Source: Mobula hypostoma
Lineage: Eukaryota
Direction: 5' to 3'
Length of the DNA stretch: 64,000 bases
Assembly (NCBI RefSeq): GCF_963921235.1
Contig: NC_086097.1
Coordinates: forward strand, 249,490,001-249,554,000
Shown here: piece by piece, positions 52,280-64,000 of the stretch
Layout of the letters: every line of letters begins with the position of its first letter
Numbering within the stretch: position 1 is the stretch's first letter
Position numbers and translations under genes: made by a program
Notes under the pieces: generated by a model
What the model saw: only the letters and a program-made list of their open reading frames with translations
Databases searched by the model: none
Told to the model about the DNA's origin: nothing

Positions 52280-52520
52280 GGGCGGCACGATAGTGTGGTG
52301 GTTGGCACACCACTTTACAAACCAGTGACCCGGGTTCAATTCCCGCTGCTGTCTGTCAGGAGTCTGAACGTTCTCCCCGTAACTAAGTGGATCTCCTCCA
52401 GATGCTTCAGTTTCCTCCCACAGTCCAGTGATGTACTGATTGGTAGGTTCATTGGTCATCGTAAATTGTCTGGTGATTAGGCTAGGATTACATTGGGGAT
52501 TACTGGGCGGCTTGGCTCAA
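52280..52520 (+). mobile_element. tRNA-derived V-SINE/HE1-like SINE; related copies near 11365, 13640, 13975, 17680, 25165, 27000, 28285, 51750 and 63390
   Basis: A-box-like start, B-box GGTTCAATTCC, and a conserved core of the form gggtttcctccgggtgctccagtttcctcccaca. Confidence 0.75.
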
Positions 52521-52607
52521 TAAATAAAAAGAAATAATAAACTTTAAAAACATTGTATATTTCAGTACAGAGCCATCTGAAAGCCACACACAGCTGAGGT
52601 GCATTAC

Positions 52608-52693
52608 CTGCTTACATGCACGTCGACAGTCCAAGGAAATGGCGAGTTCACAACACCCCAGGCCAACCCAGCCTTCTGACTTTCTTGGTGCTC
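52608..52693 (-). CDS. RECK: RECK coding exon (about exon 5), 86 bp: (G)APRKSEGWVGLGCCELAISLDCRRACKQ
   Basis: ttgtag|GA...AAG CAG|gtaatg; CC2 domain CC motif. Confidence 0.95.
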
Positions 52694-52947
52694 CTACAAT
52701 GTGAATACAGGAGAGATTTGTATCTGATGATGAATTGCTTGATAGAACAAAACTGCAAAGGAATCTAACAAAATAAAGGTTTTCATAAAAAGTTTATAAA
52801 AATGGGTTTTAAACATCACAACCTGACGAAAACAGTCTGCTTTAAAACCATAAAGCAATGAATTTTTGTATTTTGACTTCTGAAATGTGAAACTTTAATA
52901 TGCTCTGGGATTCAGATCTGAGGACTCAATTTGGTTCGGAAGGTTGT

Positions 52948-55900
52948 GAGGTACCAACTAGAGAAGGGGCAGTGTTGGATCTCCCGTTAGGGAATGAGAT
53001 AGGTCAGGTGACAGAGGTATGTGTTGGGGAGAACTTCGGGTCCAGTGATCACAATGCCATTAGTTTCAATATAATTATGGAGAAGGATAGGACTGGAACC
53101 AGGGTTGAGATTTTTGATTAGACAAAGGCTAACTTTGAGGAGATGCGAAAGGATTTCGAAGGAGTGGATTGGGACAGTTTGTTTTATGGGAAGGATGTAA
53201 TAGAGAAATGGAGCTCATTTAAAGGTGAAATTTTGAGGGTACAGAATCTTTATGTTCCTGTTAGTTTGAAAGGAAAGGTTAAAAGTTTGAGAGAGCCATG
53301 GTTTTCAAGGGATACTGGAAACTTGGTTCGGAAAAAGAGAGAGATCTACAATAAATATAGGCAGCCTGGAGTAAATGAGGTGCTCGAGGAATATAAAAAA
53401 TGTAAAAAGAATCTTAAGAATGACATTAGAAAAGCTAAAAGAAGATACGAGGTTACTTTGGCAAGTAAAGTGAAAATAAATCCAAAGGGTTTCTACAGTT
53501 ATATTAATAGCAAAAGGATAGTGAGGGATAAAATTGGTCCCTTAGAGAATCAGAGTGGACAGATATGTGCAGAGCCAGAACAGATGGGGGAGATTTTGAA
53601 CAATTTCTTTCCTTCGGTATTCACTAAGGAGAAGGATATTGCATTGTGTAAGGTAAGGGAAACAAGTAGGGTAGTTATGGAAACTATGATGATTAAAGAA
53701 GAGGAAGTATTGGCGCTCTTAAGGAATATAAAAGTGGATAAATCTCCGGGTCCTGACAAGATATTCCCCAGGACCTTGAGGGAAATTAGTGTGGAAATAG
53801 CAGGGGCTCTGACAGAAATATTTCAAATGTCATTCGAAACGGAGATGGTGCTGGAGGATTGGTGTATTGCTCATGTTGTTCCACTGTTTAAAAAGGGTTC
53901 TAAGAATAAACCTAGCAATTATCGGCCTGTGAGTTTTACGTCAGTGGTGGGTAAATTGATGGAAAGTATTCTTAGAGATGGTATATATAATTATCTGGAT
54001 AGACAGGGTCTGATTAGGAACAGTCAACATGGATTTGTGCGTGGAAAGTCATGGTTGACAAATCTTATTGAATTTTTTGAAGAGGTTACTAGGAAAGTTG
54101 ACAAGGGTAAAGCGGCGGTTGTTGTCTATATGGACTTCAGTAAGGCCTTTGACAAGGTTCAACACGGAAGGTTAGTTAGGAAGGTTCAATCGTTAGGTAT
54201 TAATATTGAAGTAGTAAAATGGATTCAGCAGTGGCTGGGTGGGAAACACCAGAGAGTAGTGGTGGATAACTCTTTGTCAGATTGGAGGCCGGTGACTAGT
54301 GGTGTGCCTCGGGGATCTGTACTGGGTCCAATGTTGTTTGTCATATATATTAATGATCTGGATGATGGGGTGGTAAATTGGATTAGTAAGTATGCAGATG
54401 ATAGTAAGATAGTTGTGGATAATGAAGTAGTTTTTCAAAGCTTGCAGAGAGATTTAGGCCAGTTAGAAGCGTGGGCTGAAAGATGGCAGATGGAGTTTAA
54501 TGCTGATAAATGTGAGGTGCTACATTTCGGTAGGACTAATCAAAATAGAACATACATGGTAAATGGTAGGGCATTGAAGAATGCAGTAGAACAAAGGGAT
54601 CTAGGAATAATGGTGCATAGTTCCCTGAAGGTGGAATCTCATGTGGATAGGGTGGTGAAGAAAGCTTTTGGTATGCTGGCCTTTATAAATCAGAGCATAG
54701 AGTATAGGAGTTGGGATGTAATGCTGAAATTGTACAAGGCATTGGTAAAGCCAAACTTGGAGTATTGTGTACAGTTCTGGTCACCGAATGGTAGGCTTAT
54801 TCAGAAAGTCAGAATGCATGGGATCCAGGGAAGTTTGGCCAGGTGGATTCAGAATTGGCTTGCCTGCAGAAGGCAGAGGGTCGTGGTGGAGGGAGTACAT
54901 TCAGACTGGAGGATTGTGACTAGTGGTGTCCCACAAGGATCTGTTCTGGGACCTCTACTTTTTGTGATTTTTATTAACGACCTGGATGTGGGGGTAGAAG
55001 GGTGGGTTGGCAAGTTTGAAGACGACACAAAGGTTGGTGGTGTTGTAGATAGTGTAGAAGATTGTCAAAGATTGCAGAGACACATTGACAGGATGCAGAA
55101 GTGGGCTGAGAAGTGGCAGATGGAGTTCAACCCGGAGAAGTGTGATGTGGTACACTTCGGAAGGATAAACTCCAAGGCAGAGTACAAAGTAAATGGCAGG
55201 ATACTTGGTAGTATGGAGGAGCAGAGGGATCTGGGGGTACATGTCCACAGATCCCTGAAAGTTGCCTCACAGCTGGATAGGGTAGTTAAGAAAGCTTATG
55301 GGGTGTTAGCTTTCATAAGTCAAGGGATAGAGTTTAAGAGTCGTGATGTAATGATGCAGCTCTATAAAACTCTGGTTAGGCCACACTTGGAGTACTGTGT
55401 CCAGTTCTGGTCACCTCAATATAGGAAGGATGTGGAAGCATTGGAAAGGGTACAAAGGAGATTTACCAGGATGCTGCCTGGTTTAGAGAGTATGCATTAT
55501 GATCAGAGATTAAGGGAGCTAGGGCTTTACTCTTTGGAGAGAAGGAGGATGAGACGAGACATGATAGAGGTGTACAAGATAATAAGAGGAATAGATAGAG
55601 TGGATAGCCAGTGCCTCTTCCCCAGGGCACCACTGCTCAATACAAGAGGACATGGCTTTAAGGTAAGGGGTGGGAAGTTCAAGGGGGATATTAGAGGAAG
55701 GTTTTTTACTCAAGAGAGTGGTTGGTGCGTGGAATGCACTGCCTGAGTCAGTGCTGGAGGCAGATACACTAGTGAAGTTTAAGAGACTACTAGACAGGTA
55801 TATGGAGGAATCTAAGGTGGGGGCTTATATGGGAGGCAGGGCTTGAGGGTCGGCACAACATTGTTGGCCGAAGGGCCTGTACTGTGCAGTACTATTCTAC

Positions 55901-56423
55901 GTTCTATGAATTATAGGAAAGATGTCAACAAAATTGAGAGAGTACAGAAAAGATTTACTAGAATGTTCCCTGCGTTTCATCTCCCAAGTTACAGAGAAAG
56001 GTTGAACAAGTTGGGTCTTTATTCTTTGGAGCGTAGAAGATTCAGGGGGGACTTGATAGAGGTATTTAAAATTATGAGGGGGATAGATAGAGTTGACGTG
56101 GATAGGCTTTTTCCATTGAGAGTGGGGGAGATTCAAACAAGAGGACATGAGTTGAGAGTTAAAGGACAAAAGTTTAGGGGTAACATGAGGGGGAACTTCT
56201 TTACTCGGAGAGTGGTGGCTGTGTGGAATGAGCTTCCAGCAGAAGTGGTTGAGGCAGGTTTGATGTTGTCATTTAAAGTTAAATTGGACAGCTATATGGA
56301 CAGGAAAGGAATGGAGGGTTATGGGTTGAGTGCAGGTCAGTGGGACTGGGTGAGAGTAAGAGTTCAGCACGGACTAGAAGGGCCGAGATGGCCTGTTTCC
56401 GTGCTGTAATTGTTATATGGTTA
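52948..56423 (+). mobile_element. CR1 LINE ORF2 and 3' end (outer element), split by an inner CR1 at 54790-55907
   Basis: KSPGPD, NYRPVSFTS, QHGF, YMDFSKAFD, GVPRGSVLGP and YADD motifs. tcaccgaat ... gaattataggaaagatg rejoin across the inner element. Confidence 0.9.
54790..55907 (+). mobile_element. Inner 5'-truncated CR1 LINE of a young subfamily
   Basis: Second RT half (GVPQGSVLGPLLF, FEDDTK), a ttcta(c/t)g-type tail, and gaat duplicated at 54786-54789 and 55908-55911. The same 3' end occurs at 19621, 28783 and 61713. Confidence 0.88.
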
Positions 56424-57859
56424 ACATTCCAGAATCTAGTGATTATTGAAAGATCATTACTAATGCCTCCTCAATCTCTTCAACTACCTCTTTCAGAACT
56501 CTGAGGGAGGTGTAGTCTATCTGGTCCACGTGACTTATCTACCTTCATACTTTTTAGCTTCTCAAACACCTCCTCCTTAGTAATAAAAATGACACTCACT
56601 TCCATCCCCTGACACTCTCGCATATCTGGCATTGTGCTAGTGTTTTTCACAGTGAAGAATGACGCAAAATACTTATTAAGTTTGTCTGGCATTTCTTTGT
56701 CCCTCATTACTATCTTTCCAGTGGTCCAATATCCACTCTCACCTCTCTTTTTATATATCTGGAGAACTTTTGGCATCCTCTTTTATATTATTGATTAGCT
56801 TTCCTTATTATTCATCATTTTTCTCCTTACGTATTTTTGTATTTTGACTATTGTAACTACACACAGACCAGATAGCGAAAAAAAAACATTGCGCATACCC
56901 TTCTGATTATGTCGATATACTTTCAATGCAGACCTGTTGAACACAGTCCATCTGGTAGTTGAATAAAGTACTAGTCTGTGTGGTGATTTTTAATGTGGCT
57001 GCAGTCTGGCTCTTGTAATTGGCCTTCCAGTGACTATTTTTAAAACTCGACATCTAGTACAAATCTGATACCTTGTGGTTCTATCCCACTCTGTTTAAAT
57101 ATTTCAGCATGTAACATTTTCATATTTTAGATGAAGAGTCCTGATGAATGGTCTCTGCCCGAAATGTCAACTGTTCATTCATTTCCACAGATGCTGCCTG
57201 ACCTCTGATATTCCTCCAACATTTTGTGTGCGTGCTCTGGATTTCCAGCATCTGCGGAATCTCGTGTTCGACATATTTTAAACACCTGTTTTAATGTTTT
57301 GTACAAGATCAAAAACACACTAATGCTTAATGCCAACTTGAATGACAGAGTTCTTGATCATCGTTCTTTGATGTGCATTCTGGTTATCACCCAATCAAGA
57401 TGCTATCCAATCACTGAAGGAAAATATGGTCTTACTTAGTTCCATATGCAAGTTGAAGTTTAGACATCTTAACACCCTGCTACCCCCAGCACACATGTAC
57501 TGTGCACTCTCTCTGAATGCCCTGCCACCTCCGCCCCCCCCAACCTCCACAGCACCACCACTCTCAGAATCAGAATCCAGTTTAATATCACATGTTGTGA
57601 AGTTTGTTGTTTTGTGACAGCAGTATATTGTAATGCATAATAATAAAACTATAAATTACAGTAAATAGACATAAAAATAAAATTAAATAGGTAGTGCAAA
57701 AAGAGGGGGGAAAATTATACCAAGGTAGTGTTCATGGGTTCCACGTCCATTCAGAAATCTGATGGCAGAGGGGAAGAAGCTATTCCTGAAATGTTGAGTG
57801 TGTGTCTTCAGGCTCCTGTACCTCCTTCCTGATGATAGCAATGAGAAGAGGGCAATGCT

Positions 57860-60420
57860 CTCACCTCAGCCACCAAGACAGAGATCACAGGGTCACCAGA
57901 TGCTACAAGGATTCGCACAAGTATAGTTTTATTCTCCTTTTCAAAGCATGAAGTAAAGGTGTTGAGCTCATCTGGGAGTGAAGCATGACAGCCATTCATG
58001 ATGTTAAGTTTCACTTTGCAGGTAGTAATGTCCTGCAACCCCTACTAGGACTAATGTGCATCTGATTCCATCTCTAACCTCAATCAGAATTGTTTTTAAT
58101 CCCCTTAAAATAGTCTTCTGTAAGTCATATCTGGGTTTCTTATATATTACTGGATCATCGATCTCGAATGCCACAGATCCAGCCTTCAGCAGACAACGAA
58201 TCTCCTGGTTCATCCACAACTTTTGGCTTGGGTATGTCCAGTACGTTCTCAAAGGCACACACTCATTCACACAGGTCTTGATGAAGTCAGCAACAACTAT
58301 GACTTGTTCATTCAGACTTGAAGATGAATCCCTGAATCCAGTCCACCAACTCAAAGCAAACCCTGACCATACCTTATTGGTTCTTACCACTGATTTTGCA
58401 GCCTATATGCTGACAGTAGAAATAGTGCCAGGTGATCAGACTTTCCAATGGCATGTTAAGTGTTCTTGATGGTCTTTTAACAGGGGTCAAGGGCGTTGCC
58501 TCCTCTGATTCCACTGGTGATAAGTTGGTGGTAGTTATTCAGAGACTTCTTCAAGCTGGCCTGGTTGAAATCCCCTACAATGATAGGAAAGGCATCAGAG
58601 TGCGCAGTTTCGTGCCTGATAATTATGTTGCTCAGCTCCTCCGGTGCCTGCCCAATATCGGCCTGAGGAGGGATGTACACCACTATCAACGTGATGGCAG
58701 AAAACTCTTCGGTAGATACAATGGACAACATTGGACCACTAGATTTTCCAGGTCCAGTGAGCAGGACTGAGACAGAACCGCCACGTTTGAGCAGCACAAT
58801 GAGTGAATCAGAAAACATACTCTACCTCCTCCACCTCTAAAAAACCGCACCAACTCGGACGTCCTACCAATGTGCAACAAACAACAAACTGTGCCAATAC
58901 AAAAAGAAAAAGATAAATAAATAAAGCAATAGATATTGAGAACATGAGATGAAGAGTCCTTGAAATTGATTCCTTCAATGATGGAACATTTCAGTGATGG
59001 GGCAAGTGAAGTTGAATGAAGTTGTCCCCTTTGGTTGAGGGATAATAACTGTTGCTGAACTGGTGGTGAGAGCCCTAAGGCTCCTATACCTTCTTCCTGA
59101 TGGCAGCAATGAGAAGAGAGCATGAATTGGGTGGTGGGGGTCCCTGATGAGGGATGCTGTTTTCCTGCGACAACGCTTTGTGTTGATGTGTTCATTGGTG
59201 GGGAAGGCTTTGCTTGTGATGGTGTTGGGCCATATCCACTACTTTTTGGTGAATTTTCCATTCAAGGCCATTGGTGTTTCCACACCAGACTGTGATGCAA
59301 CCAAAGTATTCTCCAATACATAGCTATAGAAATTTGTCAAAGTTTTAGATGTCCTGCCAAATCTTCGCAAACTCAAGTTGAGGAGTTGGCATGCTTTCCC
59401 AGGCCAGGTCCTCCAAAACAATAACTGTGGACTGGCTCAAAGACCTCCTGTTTCCTCCTTCTGAAATCAATAATAAGCCCCTTGGTCTTGATGACACTGA
59501 GGAAGGGGTCATTATTATGAAACCAGCTTTTCAACCTCCCTCCTATATGCTGATTTGTCACCACCTTTGATTCAGCCAATAATAGTGGTGTCATCAGCAA
59601 ACTTAATCACGGCATTGGAGTTGTGCTTAGTCACAAGTATAAAGCGAGTAGAGCAGGGGACTAAGCACACAGCCTTGTGGTGCACCTGTGCTGATGGAGA
59701 TTATGGAGGAAATGTTGCGGCAATCTAAACTGATTGGTGTCTGCAATTGATAAAAATAGGATCCAATTCCACAACGAGGGTCCAGTTGCACAATTGAAGC
59801 CAAGGTCTTGCAGATTATTGATTAGTTTTGAGGAATGATGGTATTGAATGCTGAGCTGTTGTTGATATAAAAAAAACATCCTGTTATGCACCTTTACTGT
59901 CCAGACGTTCCAGGGTTGAGTGAAAAGCCAATGAAATGGCATCTGCTGTGGACCTGTTGTGCAGGTAGGCAAATTGGAGCAGATCCAAGTCACCTCTCAG
60001 GCAGGAGATGATGTGTTTCATCATCAAACTCTCAATACACTTCATCACTGTGGATGTACATGCTACTGGATGATAGTCACTGAGGCAAGTTACCACTTTT
60101 TTCTTAGACACCGGTATAATTGAAGCCTGCTTGGAGTAGTTAGGTACCACACACTGCTAAAGCTAGAGGTTAATGGTCTGGGTGAACACTCCAGTCAGTT
60201 GATCAGCACAGGTCTTCAGTACTTGGCCAGGAACCCCATCTGGGCTGTATGCTTTTTGTGGGTTCACATGTCAGCCTCAGAGACTGAAATCACGGGGTCG
60301 CCGAGGGCCATGGGAGTTCATGATCCATGCTTTGAGACTCAAAGTAAGCAGAGGAGGCATTGAGCTCATCTGGAGGCAAAGCCTGCTATCGCCCTTGTTG
60401 TTTGATTTAACTTTACAAGA
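57860..60420 (-). mobile_element. Cluster of Rex1/Babar-like LINE fragments (APE and RT pieces)
   Basis: VVYIPPQA and IIVGDFN (APE); YHPVACTSTVMKCIE and LQFAY..NRSTADAI (RT). Confidence 0.72.
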
Positions 60421-61517
60421 GGTGATAGGATACAGAGGAGGAGAAATCATAAATATAGCACTGACACAAATTCCTTAAGCAGGAGCTAGTATCCTTCTAT
60501 CGCTGAAACAGGAATGCAAATTAGTCTCTGTGGCACAGGCTTGCTGGGCTGGTAGTGTCTGTCATCATTCTGTATCTCTAAATTCAAACCCAGCATTGCC
60601 ACTATCTGTGCAAAAGAAGTCAATAAGAGAATTTATATTTCTTGATGCATGTACAGTCAACATGGATTCACATTACAGAAAATCACAATATGGAGAGTTT
60701 TTAAGGAGCAGAACACCAACCCTCCCATAAAATGGGAATTGCCTATATAACAATAAATTAACAGCATTTGTAAAAACAAAAACACTACAGATTTCTTTTG
60801 CTAGAAAAAGATTAAAGCACTTCTCTATTTAAAAAGACAAAGATGATAATGCATGGGAAAGAAATACAGATTTTTTAAAAAATAAAGTCAAAGACAAGAT
60901 AAGAACAGTACCAGTTATAAGAAAACAGGTTAACATACAAGATTCGTTTTTATCACATATATATTGAAACATATAATAGAACATAAAACATTGAAAACCT
61001 ACAGCACAATACAGGCTCTTTGGCCCACAAAGCTGTGATAATAAAGTGTATCACTTGTGTAAACAACCAAAACAACTTAGAGATATGCTGGGACAGCCTG
61101 CAAATGATGCCACACATTCCAGCACGAACATAGCATGCTGACAACGCTCACAGAACACAGAACACAACAAATAACAAAACAACAGCAACAAAACAAGACC
61201 TCTTCCTCAATGAAACCCACTCATCCACTGACACGAACAGTCCTCCAGGCTTTGACGAAAACAGGCAAGAAAATGGAACTGAGACCAACATCAGATGGGC
61301 CATGGTCACTGGTGCTGTAATTGCGTTATGCTAACCGCTAGGCCACCTTGCCACCCTTGTATGCGTTGCTCTGGATTTCCAACATCAAATTGGTTAAAGT
61401 CAAGAATGTACAATCTATTGAACTTGGCCCCAACATATGCATTTACTTCAAGTTAAATTCCTTTAATCTGCAAAGTTCACTGGCTCATGTTTCTCAGTTA
61501 CAATCAACATGACTTAC

Positions 61518-61554
61518 CAGGCAAAGAAGCGTTGATGCAAACCCAGAAATCAAG
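61518..61554 (-). CDS. RECK: RECK coding exon (about human exon 4), 37 bp: LDFWVCINASLP(G)
   Basis: tttcag|CTT...CCT G|gtaagt. The phase-1 end joins GA of the next exon to make Gly. Resembles human VEIWNCMNSSLPG (recalled). Confidence 0.88.
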
Positions 61555-61712
61555 CTGAAAAACAACACATATAAAGAGCATTAAAATATTTTCATCTCAT
61601 TCTTTAAATCATTCCAGATAAAAATGACTTTATGCACTTTCACAAACGAAAGACAACACGGGGCTCACTTTCCATCATCGTCTAACCAGAAAACATCTCA
61701 GACTTTTAGTTT

Positions 61713-62040
61713 CATAGAACATAGAATAGTACAGCACAGTACAGGCCCTTCAGCCCACAATGTTGTGCCGACCTTCAAACCCTGCCTCCCATATAACCCC
61801 CCACCTTAAATTCCTCCATATACCTGTCTAGTAGTCTCTTAAACTTCACTAGTGTATCTGCCTCCACCACTGACTCAGGCAGTGCATTCCACACACCAAC
61901 CACTCTCTGAGTAAAAAAACCTTCCTCTAATATCTCCCTTGAACTTCCCACCCCTTATCTGAAAGCTATGTCACCTTGCATTGAGAAGTGGTGCCCTGGG
62001 GAAGAGGCGCTGGCTATCCACTCTATTCATTCCTCTTAAT
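61713..62040 (-). mobile_element. Young CR1 3' end
   Basis: catagaacatagaatagtacagcacagtacaggccc... matches the 19621 and 28783 copies. Confidence 0.8.
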
Positions 62041-62249
62041 TTCAGCTTTTCAGTACTGACAATGATATGCAGCAAGTAAATTAGAAATACAAAATGAATT
62101 GCAATGGACTACATCCTTCTTACCATTGACTCGGGACAGTAGCCAGGCAACCGCTGCAGCAGATACTTCAATCGATCTTCACTTTTTGTGGATGTAAGCT
62201 GGTGACATAAAATTAAACACAGACTGGATTAAATGTACACTCCATGTAG

Positions 62250-62702
62250 AGTCATAGTCATACTTCATTGATCCTGGGGGAAATTGGTTTTCGTTACAGT
62301 TGCACCATAAATAATAGTAATAGAACCATAAATAGTTAAAAAGTAATATGTAAATTATGCCAGTAAATTATGAAGTAAGTCCAGGACCAGCCTATTGGCT
62401 CGGGGTGTCTGACCCTCCAAGGGAGGAGTTGTAAAGTTTGATGGCCACAGGCAGGAATGACTTCCTATGACGCCCTGTGCTGCATCTCGGTGGAATGAGT
62501 CTCTGGCTGAATGTACTCCTGTGCCCAACCAGTACATTATGTAGTGGATGGGAGACATTGACCAAGGTGGCATGCAACTTGGACAGCATCCTCTTTTCAA
62601 ACACCACCGTGAGAGAGTCCAGTTCCATCCCCACAACATCACTGGCCTTACGAATGAGTTTGTTGATTCTGTTGGTGTCTGCTACCCTCAGCCTGCTGCC
62701 CC
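62250..62702 (-). mobile_element. Rex-like LINE 3' end with a (ctatga) tail; related plus-strand copy at about 48543-48740
   Basis: RINKLIRKAS..VG, HPLH, RKSFLPVAIKLYN; the 3' UTR is shared with the 48.6-kb copy. Confidence 0.7.
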
Positions 62703-64000
62703 AGTCGAGTACAGTGGGTACAGCCCCGTTCATTAGAGGCAAAGGCCTCCCCACCAGAATCTGTCATCAAAGACACCCCCCCCCCCATCCAGGGAATGCC
62801 CTCTTCTCACTACTGCTATCAGGCAGGAGGTACAGGAGCCTTAGGTTCCATACCACAGTTATTACCCCTCAACCATCAGGCTCTGAACCAGCGTGGATGA
62901 CTCACTCAACAATGAACTGATTCTACAACCCATGGACTCATTTTCAAGTACTCAGCAACTGATGCTCTCAGTATTAATTGTTTACTACTTATTTCTACTT
63001 TTCTTACTTGCACGATTTGTCTTCATTTGCACATTGAATGTCAGTATTTATGTAGTTTTTCATAAACTCTATTGCACTTCTATATTTTAAATGGCTGCAA
63101 AGAATGAATCTCAAAGTTGTATATAGTAACATACAAGTACCTTGATAATAAATTTACTTTGAACTTAAGCATAAGATTTTATTTTTTTATTTATTACGAC
63201 ACTGGTGCCATGTAGCCCATCAAATCCATGTTGGTTGCCAGCACAGCAATCCCATCAATCCAATTCCTCATTTCTTTATGATCTCACAAATGATTCTTCC
63301 TCCCTCACACGCCCATGACCACCTTCATTAATGCTTTTGCCACCTACCTGCTCTAAGGGGCAAATTACAGTAGAAAATGAGCCGATATATTTTGAATGTG
63401 GGAGAAAAGAGAAGCAACCTGTGAAAACCCACATGGTCCTGCAAAGAACATGTAAACGCCACACAGACAGCACCTGAGGACAGGATCGAATACAGGACCC
63501 TAAAGTTGCAAAGCAGCAATGCAACGATTACTGCACCATACTACCCAACATATCTACCATCCTAGCCATCATCATTATGTGCCATGTTGTATAGCATGGG
63601 TGATCATGGCCATGACCATGATTGTTCTTGGCAAACTGCATTCTTCTGGGCAGTGTCTTTACAAGGTGGGTGACCCCCAGCCATTATCAATACTCTTCAG
63701 AGATTGTCTGCCTGGTGTCAGTGGTCGCATAACAGGAATTGTGATCTGCACCGGCTGCTCATATGACCATTTACCACCTGCTCCCATGGCTTCACGTGAC
63801 CCTGATCAGGGAGCAAAGCAGGTGCTACACTTTGCCCAAGGGTGACCTGCAGGCTAGAGGAAGGAAGGAGCAACTTACACCTCCTTTGGTAGAGACATAT
63901 CTCCACGCTGCCACGCAACCACTATAGTACACCCTTCTTTATCCAACATTTACATATTCTAAATTCTTATCCTGAGAGCAAAGATTTATTTTAATAAAAA

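Larger units (their letters stand above)
2979..61554 (-). other. RECK: RECK gene, internal portion (11 coding exons; the gene continues beyond both window ends)
   Basis: Spliced exons give a continuous reading frame with RECK CC-domain motifs (GLGCCELA, CCSYAG, LYCCDRAED, PLPQDPLWQCFLE, LHCCSKAN) and CTNFNNRPTELFRSCNAQSDQGA...GCKLGEASDF. All 10 internal introns are GT-AG with compatible phases. Confidence 0.97.

Noticed and set aside
52280..52350. tRNA gene
   Set aside because: It is the tRNA-derived head of a SINE: no complete cloverleaf, and it is followed by the SINE core.
52820..52850. ctgacga motif as another hammerhead
   Set aside because: There is no GAAA box after a stem II and no PLE tail.

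Overview
This is vertebrate genomic DNA, not prokaryotic. It is most likely from a cartilaginous fish (ray or shark), inferred from the repeat content: CR1, Rex1/Babar, Penelope/Neptune, V-SINE/HE1-like and Tigger. The whole window lies inside one gene on the minus strand, RECK (reversion-inducing cysteine-rich protein with Kazal motifs). I can trace 11 consecutive coding exons (61518-61554 down to 2979-3167, 1525 nt). All have GT-AG boundaries and matching intron phases, and by recollection they correspond to human exons 4-14. The introns are saturated with transposons, often nested. The most notable system is a young Penelope-like retroelement (RT plus GIY-YIG) whose 3' region carries a minimal hammerhead ribozyme with a palindromic stem III. 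It appears as an inverted-arm insertion with a 14-bp TSD, a second young copy with a 10-bp TSD, and a swarm of short ribozyme or tail-only derivatives, some with their own TSDs and a shared end point. Other items are a 2.75-kb CAGG/CAGC-based 28-bp satellite (CCUG/UGCC-rich in the pre-mRNA), a CR1-in-CR1 insertion that makes an in-frame chimeric 867-aa ORF, and a non-autonomous Tigger-like family with a ~235-bp internal palindrome. Most ORFs in the supplied track are transposon fragments or artefacts. Repeat boundaries without a TSD are approximate.
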